Origin: an uncultured Candidatus Rokubacteria bacterium
Lineage (GTDB): Bacteria; Methylomirabilota; Methylomirabilia; Rokubacteriales; DASRDR01
DNA: 64,000 nt
Direction: 5' to 3'
Assembly: GCA_963826115.1 (NCBI GenBank)
Contig: CAWGVS010000008.1
Location: 30,118 to 94,117 of the forward strand
Part shown: positions 8,484-18,584 of the stretch, piece by piece
Numbering within the stretch: position 1 is the first letter of the stretch
Layout: each line of letters opens with the position of its first letter
Position numbers and translations under genes: made by a program
Notes under the pieces: model-generated
What the model saw: only the letters and a program-made list of their open reading frames with translations
Told to the model about the DNA's origin: nothing
Database searches by the model: none

Positions 8484-9368
8484 TCAGGGCTTCTTCGGCG
8501 GCTCGGGCGCGGGCACCTTGTTCTTGATCGGCGGGAGCGACCGGAGATACGCGAGGATGGCCCGGAGATCGCCCTCGGCGATTCCCTGCGAATAGTGCTG
8601 GACCGGCATGGGCGGCAGGACCCGCCCGCCGCCACGCCGCACCCCGTAGAGGGACGCGATGATCTCGCCATCCTTCCAGGCCCCGATGCCCGTCTCGACG
8701 TCCGGCGTCAGGTTCGCCGTGTAGCTCACGCCCCACGGGCCCGCGATCGGGACCCCGCCGGCGCCCATCCGGCTCGTGTCGGAGCGCCCATCCGGGAAGA
8801 AGGGCGTGTGGCACTCCATGCAGTGCGCGACGGGGCCCGCCAGGTACTCGCCGAACTTGACGAGGTCCTGCCGCGGCGGGTCCGGCACCGTGCCGACCGC
8901 CGGACCGTACGCGGGCGGGAGCGGGATCTTGTACTGGCTCCGCGCCGCCGCGTTGCGGAGGGGCGGCACGGTGCGGAGATACGCCACGATCGCCCTGACG
9001 TCGCTGTCCGCGAGCCGCCGGTACTGGCCGAACGGCATCGGGGGGCCAAGCGTCTTGCCGTCCCGCCCGCGCCCCTCACGAATGGCGAGGATCAGCTCCT
9101 CGTCCGTCCACCGGCCGATACCGGTGTCAGGATCCGGGGTGATGTTCGGCGCGATCCACGTGCCGAGCCCCTCGTCCTCCTGCTGGAAGCCCCCCGCGAG
9201 GTGCTTGCCGGGGAGGTCTCCCGTCGGCCCCTTGGGCGTGTGACAGTTGCCGCAGGCGCCGATGATCTCGACCAGGTAGCGGCCGCGCTCGACCGCCGAC
9301 TGGCCGGACACCGGCGGGGCCGTGCCGACGACGACGCACAGGCTCATCAGGGCAATCAGGTTGCGCAC
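8484..9368 (-). CDS. Periplasmic diheme cytochrome c
   Basis: Signal peptide, CGNCH and CMECH, duplicated N(I/L)TPD..TGIG.W domains; GGAGGAGGAG RBS. Confidence 0.9.
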   Translation of the reverse strand: MRNLIALMSLCVVVGTAPPVSGQSAVERGRYLVEIIGACGNCHTPKGPTGDLPGKHLAGGFQQEDEGLGTWIAPNITPDPDTGIGRWTDEELILAIREGRGRDGKTLGPPMPFGQYRRLADSDVRAIVAYLRTVPPLRNAAARSQYKIPLPPAYGPAVGTVPDPPRQDLVKFGEYLAGPVAHCMECHTPFFPDGRSDTSRMGAGGVPIAGPWGVSYTANLTPDVETGIGAWKDGEIIASLYGVRRGGGRVLPPMPVQHYSQGIAEGDLRAILAYLRSLPPIKNKVPAPEPPKKP

Positions 9369-9447
9369 CTACAGCTCCTCCTCCCGCTGTCGTGGGCTTC
9401 GACAGAGAGACGGCCCGACGTGATCGCCGGGCGCCGCCTCACCCCGC

Positions 9448-10566
9448 TCACTGCTTCTTCAGCTGGTCCCACGCGGCCTCGATCTCCTTGGTGAATCGCT
9501 CGTTCACGTGCTGGTAGCGTCGCTCGGCCACGTCCTCGTCGTACACGCTGACGGTCTCGGTCTCGAAGAACGAGCGCACGCCGCCCGTGAACTCCACGAC
9601 CTTCTCGGCGACCGAGCCCGGGGGGCCCTGGACCTTGAACTTGGGCGTGACCGCGAAGAGACCTCGCTCGATGAACACCCGCTGGCCGCGCTCGCTCAGC
9701 AGGAATTCGAGGAAGGCCCGTGCGGTCCGCGGGTGCTTCGCGCCGGCGAGGATGGCCATCGGCTCCGGAGTCACGAAGGCGTTCTTCGGGGCCACGAACT
9801 TGATGTCGAAGCCCGCGAGGACCTCCTCGAAGGCCATGTACGACGGCACCGCGAAGCCGGCCGCGAACTCGCCCTTGGCCACCACCGCCGGCACGTCCCG
9901 GCTCCGCGCGGTGAAGACGCCGGAGTGGCCGCCGAGGCGCTTGAGCCACTCCCACCCCGCCGGCTCGCCCCGGCTCTGGAGGATGATCTCGTAGGTCGCG
10001 TGGCTCGACGACGACCGGGTCGGCGCGCACTGGGCGACGTGGCCCCGGAGCTTCGGGTGGAGGAGGTCGTCCCAGTCCTTCGGCTCGGGCACGCCCAGCC
10101 GTCGGAGCAGACGCGGGTGGTAGACGAGGCCGTAGGGCTCGAGCGTGGTCCCGACCCAGAACCCGTTCGGATCCTTCAGCGGGATCGGCTTGGGCTTGCC
10201 GAGGCCGGCCGGGATCGCGTCGAGCAGCTCCCGCGGCAGCTCGTGGCGGACGAGGAGCTTCTGCTCGGCGAGCTTGTCGAAGAGCGCGGACTCGCCGCCC
10301 CAGAAGATGTCGGCCTCGGGCTTCCCCTTCCACTCGACGATCCGCCCGTAGGAGACCGGCGTGCCCGCGAGCTGGGCGCTCGTCCGCACCGTCACGCCCC
10401 ACTTCTCCCGCGCGTACTCGGTGAAGGCCCGGAGGGCGGCGTCGACGACGAACCGCGACACCGGGGTCTGGAGGACCAGCGCATCCTCGATCGGCGGGCC
10501 CTGGCTCCAGGCCCGGACGGGCGCCAAGAGCGCAAGGAGGGCAAGGAGCGGAACGACGTACGACAG
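9448..10566 (-). CDS. ABC transporter solute-binding protein (Fe3+/thiamine/2-AEP-like family), orphan
   Basis: PEADIFWGG, PKDWDDLLHP, PTRSSSS, AILAGAKHP..ARAFLEFLLS. Probable CTG start 7 nt after GGAGGAG; alternative GTG at 10611. Confidence 0.85.
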   Translation of the reverse strand: MSYVVPLLALLALLAPVRAWSQGPPIEDALVLQTPVSRFVVDAALRAFTEYAREKWGVTVRTSAQLAGTPVSYGRIVEWKGKPEADIFWGGESALFDKLAEQKLLVRHELPRELLDAIPAGLGKPKPIPLKDPNGFWVGTTLEPYGLVYHPRLLRRLGVPEPKDWDDLLHPKLRGHVAQCAPTRSSSSHATYEIILQSRGEPAGWEWLKRLGGHSGVFTARSRDVPAVVAKGEFAAGFAVPSYMAFEEVLAGFDIKFVAPKNAFVTPEPMAILAGAKHPRTARAFLEFLLSERGQRVFIERGLFAVTPKFKVQGPPGSVAEKVVEFTGGVRSFFETETVSVYDEDVAERRYQHVNERFTKEIEAAWDQLKKQ

Positions 10567-10661
10567 GGGCGATCTCCTCCGGCAGCGTCGAGCGTCACCA
10601 GACGGTAGCACACCCGCGCGCGCCGACCGGCACGCCGGCGCGAAGACCGGGGCGCGCGCGG

Positions 10662-12179
10662 TCAGCGCTCCTCGCGGGCCCAACCCCGGGCGCGGTCGAC
10701 GGCGCGCCGCCAGCCCGCGTAGAGCGCCTCGCGCCGGTCGGCGGGCATCGTGGGCTCGAAGGCGCGATCGAGCCGCCACAGGTCGCGCAGGGTCGCGGGG
10801 TCACGCCAGAGGCCGACGCCCAGCCCGGCCAGGTATGCGGCGCCGAGCCCGGTCGTCTCGCGCACGCGCGGGCGGAGGATGGGCACGCCGAGGATGTCCG
10901 CCTGGAACTGGCACAGGAAGTCGTTCTCGGTCGCGCCCCCGTCCACTCGCAGCTCGGCCGGCCGGCGGCCGCTGTCCGCGACCATCGCGTCCAGCACGTC
11001 GCGGGTCTGGTACGCGATCGCCTCGAGCGTCGCGCGCGCGACGTGCGCCCGCGTCGTCCCGCGCGTGAGGCCGACCAGCGCGCCCCGCGCGTACATGTCC
11101 CAGTAGGGCGCGCCGAGCCCCACGAAGGCCGGGACGAGATAGACGCCGCCCGTGTCCGGCACGGAGCGCGCCAGCGGCTCGGTCTCCGCAGCCTGCCCGA
11201 TCAGGCCGAGCCCGTCGCGGAGCCACTGCACGGCCGCGCCCGCCACGAACACCGCGCCCTCGAGGGCGTAGGTCGCGCTGGGCGTACCCCCGCCCGGGGG
11301 CGAGAGCGTCCAGGCCACCGTGGTGAGGAGGCCGGCCGCCGACGCGATCGGCGTCGCGCCGGTGTTGAAGAGGAGGAAGCAGCCCGTCCCGTAGGTGTTC
11401 TTCACGCCACCCGGCGACACGGCGCCTTGGCCGAAGAGCGCGGCCTGCTGGTCCCCGGCGATCCCCGCGATCGGGATCCCCGCCGGGAGGCCGTCGAGCG
11501 CCACCGTCTCCCCGAAGACGCCCGCCGAGGGCCGCACCGCGGGGAACACGGACAGCGGGACACCGAGGTGCCCGGCCAGGTCCCGGTCCCAGTCGAGACG
11601 CCGGATGTCGTAGCAGAGGGTCCGCGAGGCGTTCGAGGCGTCGGTCGCGTGGACTCGCCCCCCGGTGAGCTGCCAGAGGAGCCAGCTGTCGACGGTGCCG
11701 AACGCGAGCTCCCCGCGGGCCGCCCGCGCGCGGAGCTCGGGGTGCGCCTCGAGGAGCCACGTGATCTTGGTCCCGGAGAAGTACGCGTCGAGGACGAGCC
11801 CGGTGCGCTCGCGGAACAAGGGCTCGGCCCCGGTCGCCCGGACGCGCTCGCAGATCGGGGCCGAGCGGCGGCACTGCCAGACGATCGCCCGGTGGACCGG
11901 GGCGCCGGTGCGGCGGTCCCACAGGATCGTGGTCTCGCGCTGATTCGCGATGCCGATCGCCGCCACGTCGCGCGGGGCGACGCGCGCCGCGGCGAGCGCC
12001 GCGCGCGCGGCGTCGAGCTGGGTCGCCCAGATCTCGGCAGGCTCGTGCTCCACCCATCCCGGCTGGGGGTAGTACTGCGGCAGCTCCCGGTACCCGCGGC
12101 CGAGGACCGCCCCGTCCTCGCCGACGACGAGCGCCGTCGAGCCGGTCGTCCCCTGGTCGAGCGCCAGCACGGCCCTCAT
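10662..12179 (-). CDS. glpK: Glycerol kinase
   Basis: [56 protein letters not shown]. Confidence 0.97.
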   Translation of the reverse strand: MRAVLALDQGTTGSTALVVGEDGAVLGRGYRELPQYYPQPGWVEHEPAEIWATQLDAARAALAAARVAPRDVAAIGIANQRETTILWDRRTGAPVHRAIVWQCRRSAPICERVRATGAEPLFRERTGLVLDAYFSGTKITWLLEAHPELRARAARGELAFGTVDSWLLWQLTGGRVHATDASNASRTLCYDIRRLDWDRDLAGHLGVPLSVFPAVRPSAGVFGETVALDGLPAGIPIAGIAGDQQAALFGQGAVSPGGVKNTYGTGCFLLFNTGATPIASAAGLLTTVAWTLSPPGGGTPSATYALEGAVFVAGAAVQWLRDGLGLIGQAAETEPLARSVPDTGGVYLVPAFVGLGAPYWDMYARGALVGLTRGTTRAHVARATLEAIAYQTRDVLDAMVADSGRRPAELRVDGGATENDFLCQFQADILGVPILRPRVRETTGLGAAYLAGLGVGLWRDPATLRDLWRLDRAFEPTMPADRREALYAGWRRAVDRARGWAREER

Positions 12180-12192
12180 GGGCGGGGCCCCG

Positions 12193-12966
12193 TCAGGGCC
12201 GGGCGGCGCGCAGCCGGAGCGCGACGTCCGGCTGATCCGTCGTGACGTAGTCCACGCCGGCCGCGAGCGCGCGGCTGAGCTCGTCGGGCTCGTTCACGGT
12301 CCACACGCCGATGGTGAGCCCGGCGTCGTGGGCGGCCCGAACGGCGTCGGGCGTCAGGAGGGTGCGCTCGATCCCGAGGTCGTTGGCCCCGAGGGCGCGG
12401 AGCCGCGGCACGACGGCCGCCACGCCGCCCGCGCGGTCGGCCCCGCGCTGGGCGAGGAGCCCGGTCAGCCGGACCGTCGGGGACAGGGCCCGCAGCCGCT
12501 CGATGACGGTCCACTCGAAGGCCATGACCGTCGTCCGGTCCAGGAGCCCCGTGTCCTGGAGGAGCGCCAGGACGCGCTCCTCGATGCCAGGGTAGCGCTC
12601 GCCGCCCGGGCCAGTCTTGATCTCGAGAAGGAGCCCGACCCGCGTCGGGCGGAGGAGCGCCAGGACGTCGGTGAGGCGCGGCAGGCGCTCGTCCGCGGTC
12701 CCGCGGATCGTGACGGCGCCCAGCTCCGCCCAGGACCGGTCGCGGACGGCGCCGCGGCCCGACGTCGTCCGGTCGAGCGTCGGGTCGTGCACCACGACGA
12801 CCTCGCCGTCGCGCGTCTGGTGGACGTCCAGCTCCACGAGGTCGACGCCGAGGCCGAGCGCGCCCCGGAACGCCGTGAGGCTGTTCTCGGGCCAGAGGCG
12901 CGCGCCGCCCCGGTGGGCGGCGATCGCCGGGCGGTCCGCGCCGGCCGCGGATGGGATCGGGGCCAT
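12193..12966 (-). CDS. Glycerophosphodiester phosphodiesterase (GDPD); start uncertain, leader appears frameshifted
   Basis: [46 protein letters not shown]. Confidence 0.9.
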   Translation of the reverse strand: MAPIPSAAGADRPAIAAHRGGARLWPENSLTAFRGALGLGVDLVELDVHQTRDGEVVVVHDPTLDRTTSGRGAVRDRSWAELGAVTIRGTADERLPRLTDVLALLRPTRVGLLLEIKTGPGGERYPGIEERVLALLQDTGLLDRTTVMAFEWTVIERLRALSPTVRLTGLLAQRGADRAGGVAAVVPRLRALGANDLGIERTLLTPDAVRAAHDAGLTIGVWTVNEPDELSRALAAGVDYVTTDQPDVALRLRAARP

Positions 12967-13027
12967 CAGCGGGAGTCCGGCCAGGAGCGGGGCCACGACG
13001 ATGCGCAGCCAACGGGCACGCCTCGCA

Positions 13028-13669
13028 TCACGACCCCGTCCACGACCGGTATTCGACCAGTTCCTCCACGTACCCACGGAGATAGTCCTCCAGCCTGACC
13101 CAGTACCGGATCCGGGGGTTGTACCAGTAGGCCTCGAGCCGCCGCGGGCCGGCCCAGCGCTCAACTCGAAGCGTGTAGAAGCGGCCCGCGACGGTGTCGA
13201 GCGGCTCGACGTCCATCCCGACCTTCCAGGTGTTGGCGTACCGTCCGTCATTCCGCCCGTCGGTGTATTGAAACTCCTGCTCCCACGTCTTGGCGGGGCT
13301 GAGGGGCCAGACGAAGTAGAGGGCGGGCGGCTCGTAGCGGGCCGTCGTCCCGTCGCCGAAGGTCTCCCGGACCAGCGCGAGGTCGGTCGTCCATTCACGC
13401 GTCACGTCCGTCCCGGGCCCGAGGACCCGGACGGTGTAGCGCTCGGCGGTGGCGGCCACGAGTTGATGCGTGACCACGGTCACCGCCCCGTCGAGGGAGG
13501 TGCGCTGGAACACCCACCGATCGCCCACGCGCCACTCCGGCCGCGGGACCGACTCGGCCTGCTGCTGAGCGGCGTGCTTGGGCAAGTCCGCCGGGCAGCC
13601 GGCGGCGAGCAGCGCCAAGCCAAGGCCGATGCCGACGGCGGCGCCCGGTCGATGCACGCGTCGCCTCAT
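13028..13669 (-). CDS. Hypothetical lipoprotein
   Basis: Lipobox LAAGC, beta-rich body (PEWRVGDRW, LDTVAGRF, YWYNPRI). ATGA overlap with ugpE. Confidence 0.75.
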   Translation of the reverse strand: MRRRVHRPGAAVGIGLGLALLAAGCPADLPKHAAQQQAESVPRPEWRVGDRWVFQRTSLDGAVTVVTHQLVAATAERYTVRVLGPGTDVTREWTTDLALVRETFGDGTTARYEPPALYFVWPLSPAKTWEQEFQYTDGRNDGRYANTWKVGMDVEPLDTVAGRFYTLRVERWAGPRRLEAYWYNPRIRYWVRLEDYLRGYVEELVEYRSWTGS

Positions 13670-14511
13670 TTCTCGGTCTCGATCAGGCCCTTGATGAACC
13701 AGCGCTGCATGACGACGACGATCGCGAGCGGGGGCAGCATCGCCATGATGACCGTCGCCATCACCAGGTTCCATTCCGCCGCCGCATCGCCCGTGGGCAC
13801 CACGCGTTTGATGCCCATGACGACCGTCGACATCGCCTCGTCCGTCGTGACGAGGAGGGGCCAGAGGTATTGGTTCCAGCCGAAGATGAACAGGATGACG
13901 AAGAGCGCCGCGATGTTCGTCTTCGACAGGGGCGCCAGGATCGACCAGAAGAACCGGAGCGGCCCGGCCCCGTCGATCCGGGACGCTTCGGTCAGCTCTT
14001 CGGGGACGGTCAGGAAGAACTGGCGAAAGAGGAAGGTCGCGGTGGCCGAGGCGATCAGCGGCACCGACAGGCCCGCGTACGTGTTCAGGAGCCGGAGGTC
14101 CGCGACGACCTTGAAGGTCGGCATGATCCGGATCTCGACCGGCAGCATGAGCGTCAGGAAGATCGTCCAGAAGCACGCCATCCGGAACGGGAACCGGAAG
14201 TACACGATCGCGTACGCCGAGATGATGGAGATCGCGATCTTGCCGATCGCGATCGTCAGCGCCATGACCAGGCTGTTCACCAGCATCCGCAGGACGGGCG
14301 CACTCCCCGCGCCGCGCCCCCCCGCGGTCAGCGCTCGCGCGTAGTTGTCGACGAGGTGGGTCCCGAACCAGAGCGGCACCTGGCCGAGCAGCTCCTGGGC
14401 GGTGTGGCTCGAGGCGACGAGCGCGACGTAGAGCGGGAAGGCGACGACGAGGAGCCCCAGCCCCAGCACCGCGTGGGTGGCGATCGTCCAGCCCCGCTGC
14501 CGCTCGACCAT
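13666..14511 (-). CDS. ugpE: sn-glycerol-3-phosphate ABC permease UgpE
   Basis: [54 protein letters not shown]. Confidence 0.95.
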   Translation of the reverse strand: MVERQRGWTIATHAVLGLGLLVVAFPLYVALVASSHTAQELLGQVPLWFGTHLVDNYARALTAGGRGAGSAPVLRMLVNSLVMALTIAIGKIAISIISAYAIVYFRFPFRMACFWTIFLTLMLPVEIRIMPTFKVVADLRLLNTYAGLSVPLIASATATFLFRQFFLTVPEELTEASRIDGAGPLRFFWSILAPLSKTNIAALFVILFIFGWNQYLWPLLVTTDEAMSTVVMGIKRVVPTGDAAAEWNLVMATVIMAMLPPLAIVVVMQRWFIKGLIETEK

Positions 14512-15392
14512 CAGTAGACCACCCGCCGCTCGATGTAGCGGAACTGGACGACGGTGAGCGCGATGACGATGGCCATGAGGATCACGGACTGCGCGGCGGA
14601 GCCGCCGAAGTCCAGGCCGATGAAGCCGTCGTTGAAGACCTTGTAGACCAGCGTCTCGGTCGCCTTGGCGGGGCCGCCCCCGGTCACCGCGTGGATGATG
14701 CCGAACGTGTCGAAGAAGGCGTAGACCAGGTTCACCACCAGGAGGAAGAACGTCGTAGGGGACAGCAGGGGGAAGACGATCCGCCAGAAGCGCCGGCCCG
14801 GGCCCGCGCCGTCGATCGCCGCCGCCTCGATGACCGCCTTCGGAATGGCCTGGAGGCCCGCCAGGAAGAACAGAAAGTTGTAGCTGATCTGCTTCCAGGT
14901 CGCGGCCACGATCACCAGCACCAGCGCCTGGCCGCCGTTGAGCTGATGGTTCCACGTGTAACCCAGGCCCCGCAGGAGATACGCGATGATCCCCACGGTG
15001 GGGTTGAACATGAAGAGCCAGAGGACGCCGGCCACGACCGGGGCGATCGCGTACGGCGCCATCAGCAGCATCTTGTACGAGCGCGCGCCGTGAAGCACGC
15101 GATCGGCCATGACCGCGAAGAGGAGCGCCACCCCGAGCGAGAGGCCGGCGGTGGCCGCGCTGAAGACCACGGTGACGCGGAACGCTTGAAGGTAGTAGGG
15201 GTCGGCGAAGAGGCGGGAGAAGTTCTCGAACCACACGAACTGCGTCGACAGCCCGAACGCGTCCTGAAGGAGCACCGACTGGACCAGCATCTGCCCGGCC
15301 GGCCAGATGAAGAAGACCAGGGTGACGATCATCTGCGGCGCCACCAGGAGGTATGGCAGCACCCGGCTCCGGAAAACGACGCGCTTGTGCAC
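14511..15392 (-). CDS. ugpA: sn-glycerol-3-phosphate ABC permease UgpA
   Basis: [40 protein letters not shown]. Confidence 0.95.
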   Translation of the reverse strand: MHKRVVFRSRVLPYLLVAPQMIVTLVFFIWPAGQMLVQSVLLQDAFGLSTQFVWFENFSRLFADPYYLQAFRVTVVFSAATAGLSLGVALLFAVMADRVLHGARSYKMLLMAPYAIAPVVAGVLWLFMFNPTVGIIAYLLRGLGYTWNHQLNGGQALVLVIVAATWKQISYNFLFFLAGLQAIPKAVIEAAAIDGAGPGRRFWRIVFPLLSPTTFFLLVVNLVYAFFDTFGIIHAVTGGGPAKATETLVYKVFNDGFIGLDFGGSAAQSVILMAIVIALTVVQFRYIERRVVY

Positions 15393-15454
15393 GGCGCTCG
15401 CGAGGCGAGGCCGCCCGCCCGGCGCGGACGGCCCCGTCCCCGCTCAGGCGCGGC

Positions 15455-16795
15455 CTACTTGGCGGTGCGCTCGAACTGCCGCAGGAGCTCGTTCCCGCGC
15501 TTGACGATCGCGTCCAGCGCGTCCTTGGGAGTCTTCTTGCCCGCCCAGACGGCCTCCAGCTCCTCGTCCATCACGTCGCGGATCTGGACGTAGTTGCCGA
15601 AACGCAGCCCCTTGGAGTTGTCCGTGGGCGGCTTGTTGTTCATCTGGCGGATCGAGGTGTCGGTGCCCGGATTCTTCTCGTAGAACCCCTGCTTCTTCGT
15701 CAGCTCGTAGGCGGCGAGGGTGATCGGGAGGTACCCGGTCCGCTGGTGCGAGGCCGCCTGGACCTCGGGTGACGACAGGTAGGAGAAGAACCGCGCCACG
15801 CCCTTGTACTCCTCCGGCTTGTGGCCGGACAGCACCCAGAGGGTCGCCCCGCCGATGATCGAGTTCTGGGGCGCGCCGGCGACGTCCGGCCAGTAGGGCA
15901 TCATGCTGATCCCGAACTCGAACTTCCCCTGGGTCGCTTTCACGAAGCCCGCGTAGGACGCCGACGAGGCCAGGAACATCCCGCATTCCCCGGTCGCGAA
16001 CTTCGGGTTCGCGTCGCCCTTGCGCCCGCCGTAGTCGAAGGTCTTCGTCTTCTGCCACTGCGCGAGCTGGTCGATGATCCGCACGTGGAGCGGAGTGTTG
16101 AGGAGAAGCTCGGTGTCGAAGCCGGCGAAGCCGTTCTGCTTGGTCCCGATCGGCACATTGTGCCAGGCCGAGTAGTTCTCGAGCAGGATCCACTGCTGCC
16201 ACTGGCTGCTGAAGCCGCAGGGCAGCCCCGCCGCCTGGAGCTTCTTTCCGTAGTCGCCCATCTCCGGCCACGTGCGCGGCGGCTTGTTCGGGTCGAGCCC
16301 CGCCTTCTTGAAGGCGTCCTTGTTGTAGTAGAGGACCGGCGTCGAGCTGTTCAGCGGGAGGGACAGCATCCGGCCGTCGGCGGTCGTGTAGTAGCCGGTG
16401 ACCGCGGGCAGGTAGACCTTCGGATCGAACTTCTCGCCGGCGTCCGCCATGAGCTCGTAGACCGGCTTGATGGCGCCCTTCGCCGCCATCATCGTCGCCG
16501 TCCCCACCTCGAAGACCTGCACGATGTGGGGCTGCTGCTTGGCGCGGAACGCCGCGATCGCGCCGGTCATGACCTCGGTGTAGTTGCCCTTGTAGACGAC
16601 GTTGACGTGGTACTCGGACTGCGACTTGTTGAACCCTTCCCCGAGATCCTTCACCCACTCCTCGAGCGGGCCGTCCATCGCGTGCCACCACTGGATCTCG
16701 ACCACAGCCTCCGCCCGGCCCGCTCCGGGGCCGGCGACGAGCCCGAGCGCGACGAGCGCGACGAGCAGGGGGAACCAGCGTGCCGATCGCATCAT
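15455..16795 (-). CDS. ugpB: sn-glycerol-3-phosphate ABC binding protein UgpB
   Basis: IQWWHAM, YKGNY, QVFEVGTATMM, PLNSSTPVLYYNKD, NSIIGGATLW, TGYLPIT. Confidence 0.95.
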   Translation of the reverse strand: MMRSARWFPLLVALVALGLVAGPGAGRAEAVVEIQWWHAMDGPLEEWVKDLGEGFNKSQSEYHVNVVYKGNYTEVMTGAIAAFRAKQQPHIVQVFEVGTATMMAAKGAIKPVYELMADAGEKFDPKVYLPAVTGYYTTADGRMLSLPLNSSTPVLYYNKDAFKKAGLDPNKPPRTWPEMGDYGKKLQAAGLPCGFSSQWQQWILLENYSAWHNVPIGTKQNGFAGFDTELLLNTPLHVRIIDQLAQWQKTKTFDYGGRKGDANPKFATGECGMFLASSASYAGFVKATQGKFEFGISMMPYWPDVAGAPQNSIIGGATLWVLSGHKPEEYKGVARFFSYLSSPEVQAASHQRTGYLPITLAAYELTKKQGFYEKNPGTDTSIRQMNNKPPTDNSKGLRFGNYVQIRDVMDEELEAVWAGKKTPKDALDAIVKRGNELLRQFERTAK

Positions 16796-16864
16796 GGCCT
16801 GCGCCCTCCCACGTCTATGAGTGGTCTCGGTCGGGGAGTCTCGTTTCGGTCGATCCGCGCGCCC

Positions 16865-16870
16865 ATCATA
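16865..16870 (-). promoter_or_regulatory. Possible -10 of ugpB
   Basis: TATGAT in the glpD-ugpB gap; no clear -35. Confidence 0.35.
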
Positions 16871-16907
16871 CTCGGGTTCCGTGACGCCCGCGCGACGCGG
16901 CCGGGTC

Positions 16908-18584
16908 TCACTCGCCGCGGAACCGGAGGCCCTGGCGGACGGTGCTCTCGTAGGCGTCCAGCTCCGCCTCGACGCGTCGGGGGCTCCAGCCGAGGAGCGC
17001 CCCCATCCGCTGCGCGATGGCCGGCGCGCAGTCCAGGCCGAGGCACGGGCCGGTCCCCAGCCCCGTTCGGCGGAGGAGCACGTCCTGGAGGGAGACCCCG
17101 AGTTCGTTCTCCACCGCCCAGTGCAGCTGCGCCACGACCTCCGGCGCGTTCTTGCAGAGGCGCTCGGTCCCGCCGGGCAGGCGACGGGCCAGGTCGAGGA
17201 CCGCGCCCGCGCGGCGGCCGTAGGTCGTCACGAGCATCTCGATCTGCTCGGGCTCGAGGCCGGAGCTCCGCACGGCCTCGGTCACGTCCAGCATGGCCCG
17301 CACCTCGAGGGCGCCCGCCTCGTCGTCCTGCCCGTCGAGCGTGATGCGCGCGGTGTCCGACGGCCCGCCATGGCCCAGGAGCCGCGCGACGGTGCGGCCG
17401 ACCCCCTCGGCCAGACTCCGGAAGCACGTGAGCTTGGTGCCCGTGACGGACAGGAAGCGGCCGCCCGGCCCCTCCGGGACCACCCGGTGCTGGCGCGAGA
17501 CCGCCGAGGCGCGCGCCCCGGCCGACCCGTCGAACGTGAGCGGCCGCACGCCGGCATACGTGTACGCGATGTTCGACTCGGTGATCCGCGGGTCCGCGAG
17601 GAGGCCGCGCGCCGCTTCGAGGAGGTACGCGACGTCGGCCTTGGTCGCCCAGACGCGGTCGGGACTCTCCGCGTAGTCGGTGTCGGTCGTGCCGACCAGC
17701 GAGAACTCGCGCCACGGGATCACGAAGACCAGGCGGTCGTCCCGCGTTGCGAGGTAGATGGCGCGGTCGGTCAAGCGCGGGAGCAGGATGTGGGCGCCCT
17801 TCGTGGTCCGGAGGATCCGCTCGCCGCGATCCTCGACGCCCGCGCGCGCGCGGACGCGGTCGACCCACGGCCCGGCGGCGTTGACGAGCACTCGCCCGTG
17901 GAGGTCGATCACGTCGCCGCCGACGAGGTCCCGGACGCGCACGGTCCATCCGCCGTCCGGCCGTCGCTGGAACTCCTCCGCCTGCACGTAGTTGAGCGCG
18001 TGCGCGCCGGCCCGCCGCGCGGACAGCACGTTCTCGAGACACAGGCGCTCGGGCGAGAGCAGGAGGTCGTCGAAGTAGTAGCCGGCGCCCACCAGCCCCT
18101 CCGGCCGGATCGACGGCTCGAGCGCGCCCGCCCGCGCGGCGTCCACCGTCCCGTAGCGCGGCGTCCGCTTGCCCGGCGTCAGGAGGTCGTAGAGGCGCAG
18201 CCCGAGCCGCACCTTGACCAGGCTGCGCGGGCCGTCCCGATAGACGGGCATCAGGAACGGCAGCGGCCGGATGAGATGGGGAGCGAGGCGGGCCAGCGTC
18301 TCGCGCTCGCGCAGCGACTCCCGCACCAGGCGGAAGTCGAAAAGCTCGAGGTAGCGGAGCCCGCCGTGGATCAGCTTCGACGAGCGGGACGTCGTCCCCG
18401 CCGCGAAGTCGGTCTTCTCCACGAGCACGCACGAGAGCCCGCGGTGGGCCAGGTCCCGCGCGACGCCCGCGCCCGCCATGCCGCCGCCGACGATGACGGC
18501 GTCGAACACGTCCCGGTCGAGCCCCGCCAGGCGGCCCGGCGTCGCGCTGCGGACGGGCGCGGCGTCCCCGGCCCGGTCGCTCAT
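16908..18584 (-). CDS. glpD: FAD-dependent glycerol-3-phosphate dehydrogenase
   Basis: VGGGMAGAG, GTTSRSSKLIHGGLRYL, VNAAGPW, GVRPL, DVLLRRT. Confidence 0.93.
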   Translation of the reverse strand: MSDRAGDAAPVRSATPGRLAGLDRDVFDAVIVGGGMAGAGVARDLAHRGLSCVLVEKTDFAAGTTSRSSKLIHGGLRYLELFDFRLVRESLRERETLARLAPHLIRPLPFLMPVYRDGPRSLVKVRLGLRLYDLLTPGKRTPRYGTVDAARAGALEPSIRPEGLVGAGYYFDDLLLSPERLCLENVLSARRAGAHALNYVQAEEFQRRPDGGWTVRVRDLVGGDVIDLHGRVLVNAAGPWVDRVRARAGVEDRGERILRTTKGAHILLPRLTDRAIYLATRDDRLVFVIPWREFSLVGTTDTDYAESPDRVWATKADVAYLLEAARGLLADPRITESNIAYTYAGVRPLTFDGSAGARASAVSRQHRVVPEGPGGRFLSVTGTKLTCFRSLAEGVGRTVARLLGHGGPSDTARITLDGQDDEAGALEVRAMLDVTEAVRSSGLEPEQIEMLVTTYGRRAGAVLDLARRLPGGTERLCKNAPEVVAQLHWAVENELGVSLQDVLLRRTGLGTGPCLGLDCAPAIAQRMGALLGWSPRRVEAELDAYESTVRQGLRFRGE

